Source of the DNA: Anaeromyxobacteraceae bacterium
Lineage (GTDB): Bacteria; Myxococcota; Myxococcia; Myxococcales; Anaeromyxobacteraceae
Assembly (NCBI GenBank): GCA_032654565.1
Contig: JAULAX010000017.1
Location: forward strand, 640,001-704,000
Reading direction: 5' to 3'
Length of the DNA: 64,000 nt
The position numbers were made by a program, and so were the translations under genes. Position 1 is the first letter of the stretch, and each line of letters opens with the position of its first letter. This document shows, in pieces, positions 63,241-64,000 of the stretch. Under the pieces are notes generated by a model, which worked only from the letters and a program-made list of their open reading frames with translations, had not been told where the DNA came from and ran no database searches.

Positions 63241-64000
<760 letters not shown>

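Overview
Very GC-rich bacterial DNA. Gene content (OmcA/MtrC-type decaheme cytochrome, System II cytochrome c maturation, CheB/CheR fusion kinase, GlnRS-YqeY, FdhE) suggests an Anaeromyxobacter-like myxobacterium; this is inference only. About 55 densely packed CDSs are supported. I saw no rRNA, tRNA, CRISPR array or intact IS element. Much of the window is housekeeping or accessory metabolism: pyrimidine salvage, MacAB-TolC-type exporter, class I fumarase, PepD, RF3, DAHP synthase, CoA-disulfide reductase/rhodanese. Two things stand out. (1) A ~45-nt stem-loop family has four copies (16112, 16234, 36536, 62715) with an invariant GCTTCTNG loop, conserved flanks and compensatory stem changes. 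Each sits at or just behind a stop codon in the sense orientation. (2) A divergent 10-gene Cys/Met/His-rich envelope cluster (18017-25206) encodes two NosL-family proteins, a LolDE/FtsX-type ABC transporter, a Met-rich lipoprotein, a Cys-Cys outer-membrane protein and a CxxC redoxin, with no nosZ in the window. It is a candidate uncharacterised copper/metal-trafficking system. Also seen: a frameshifted serine hydrolase, a stand-alone IS3-OrfA-like HTH gene, an orphan Imm8-like gene and an orphan decaheme cytochrome. Family assignments come from motif recognition by eye, not database searches.
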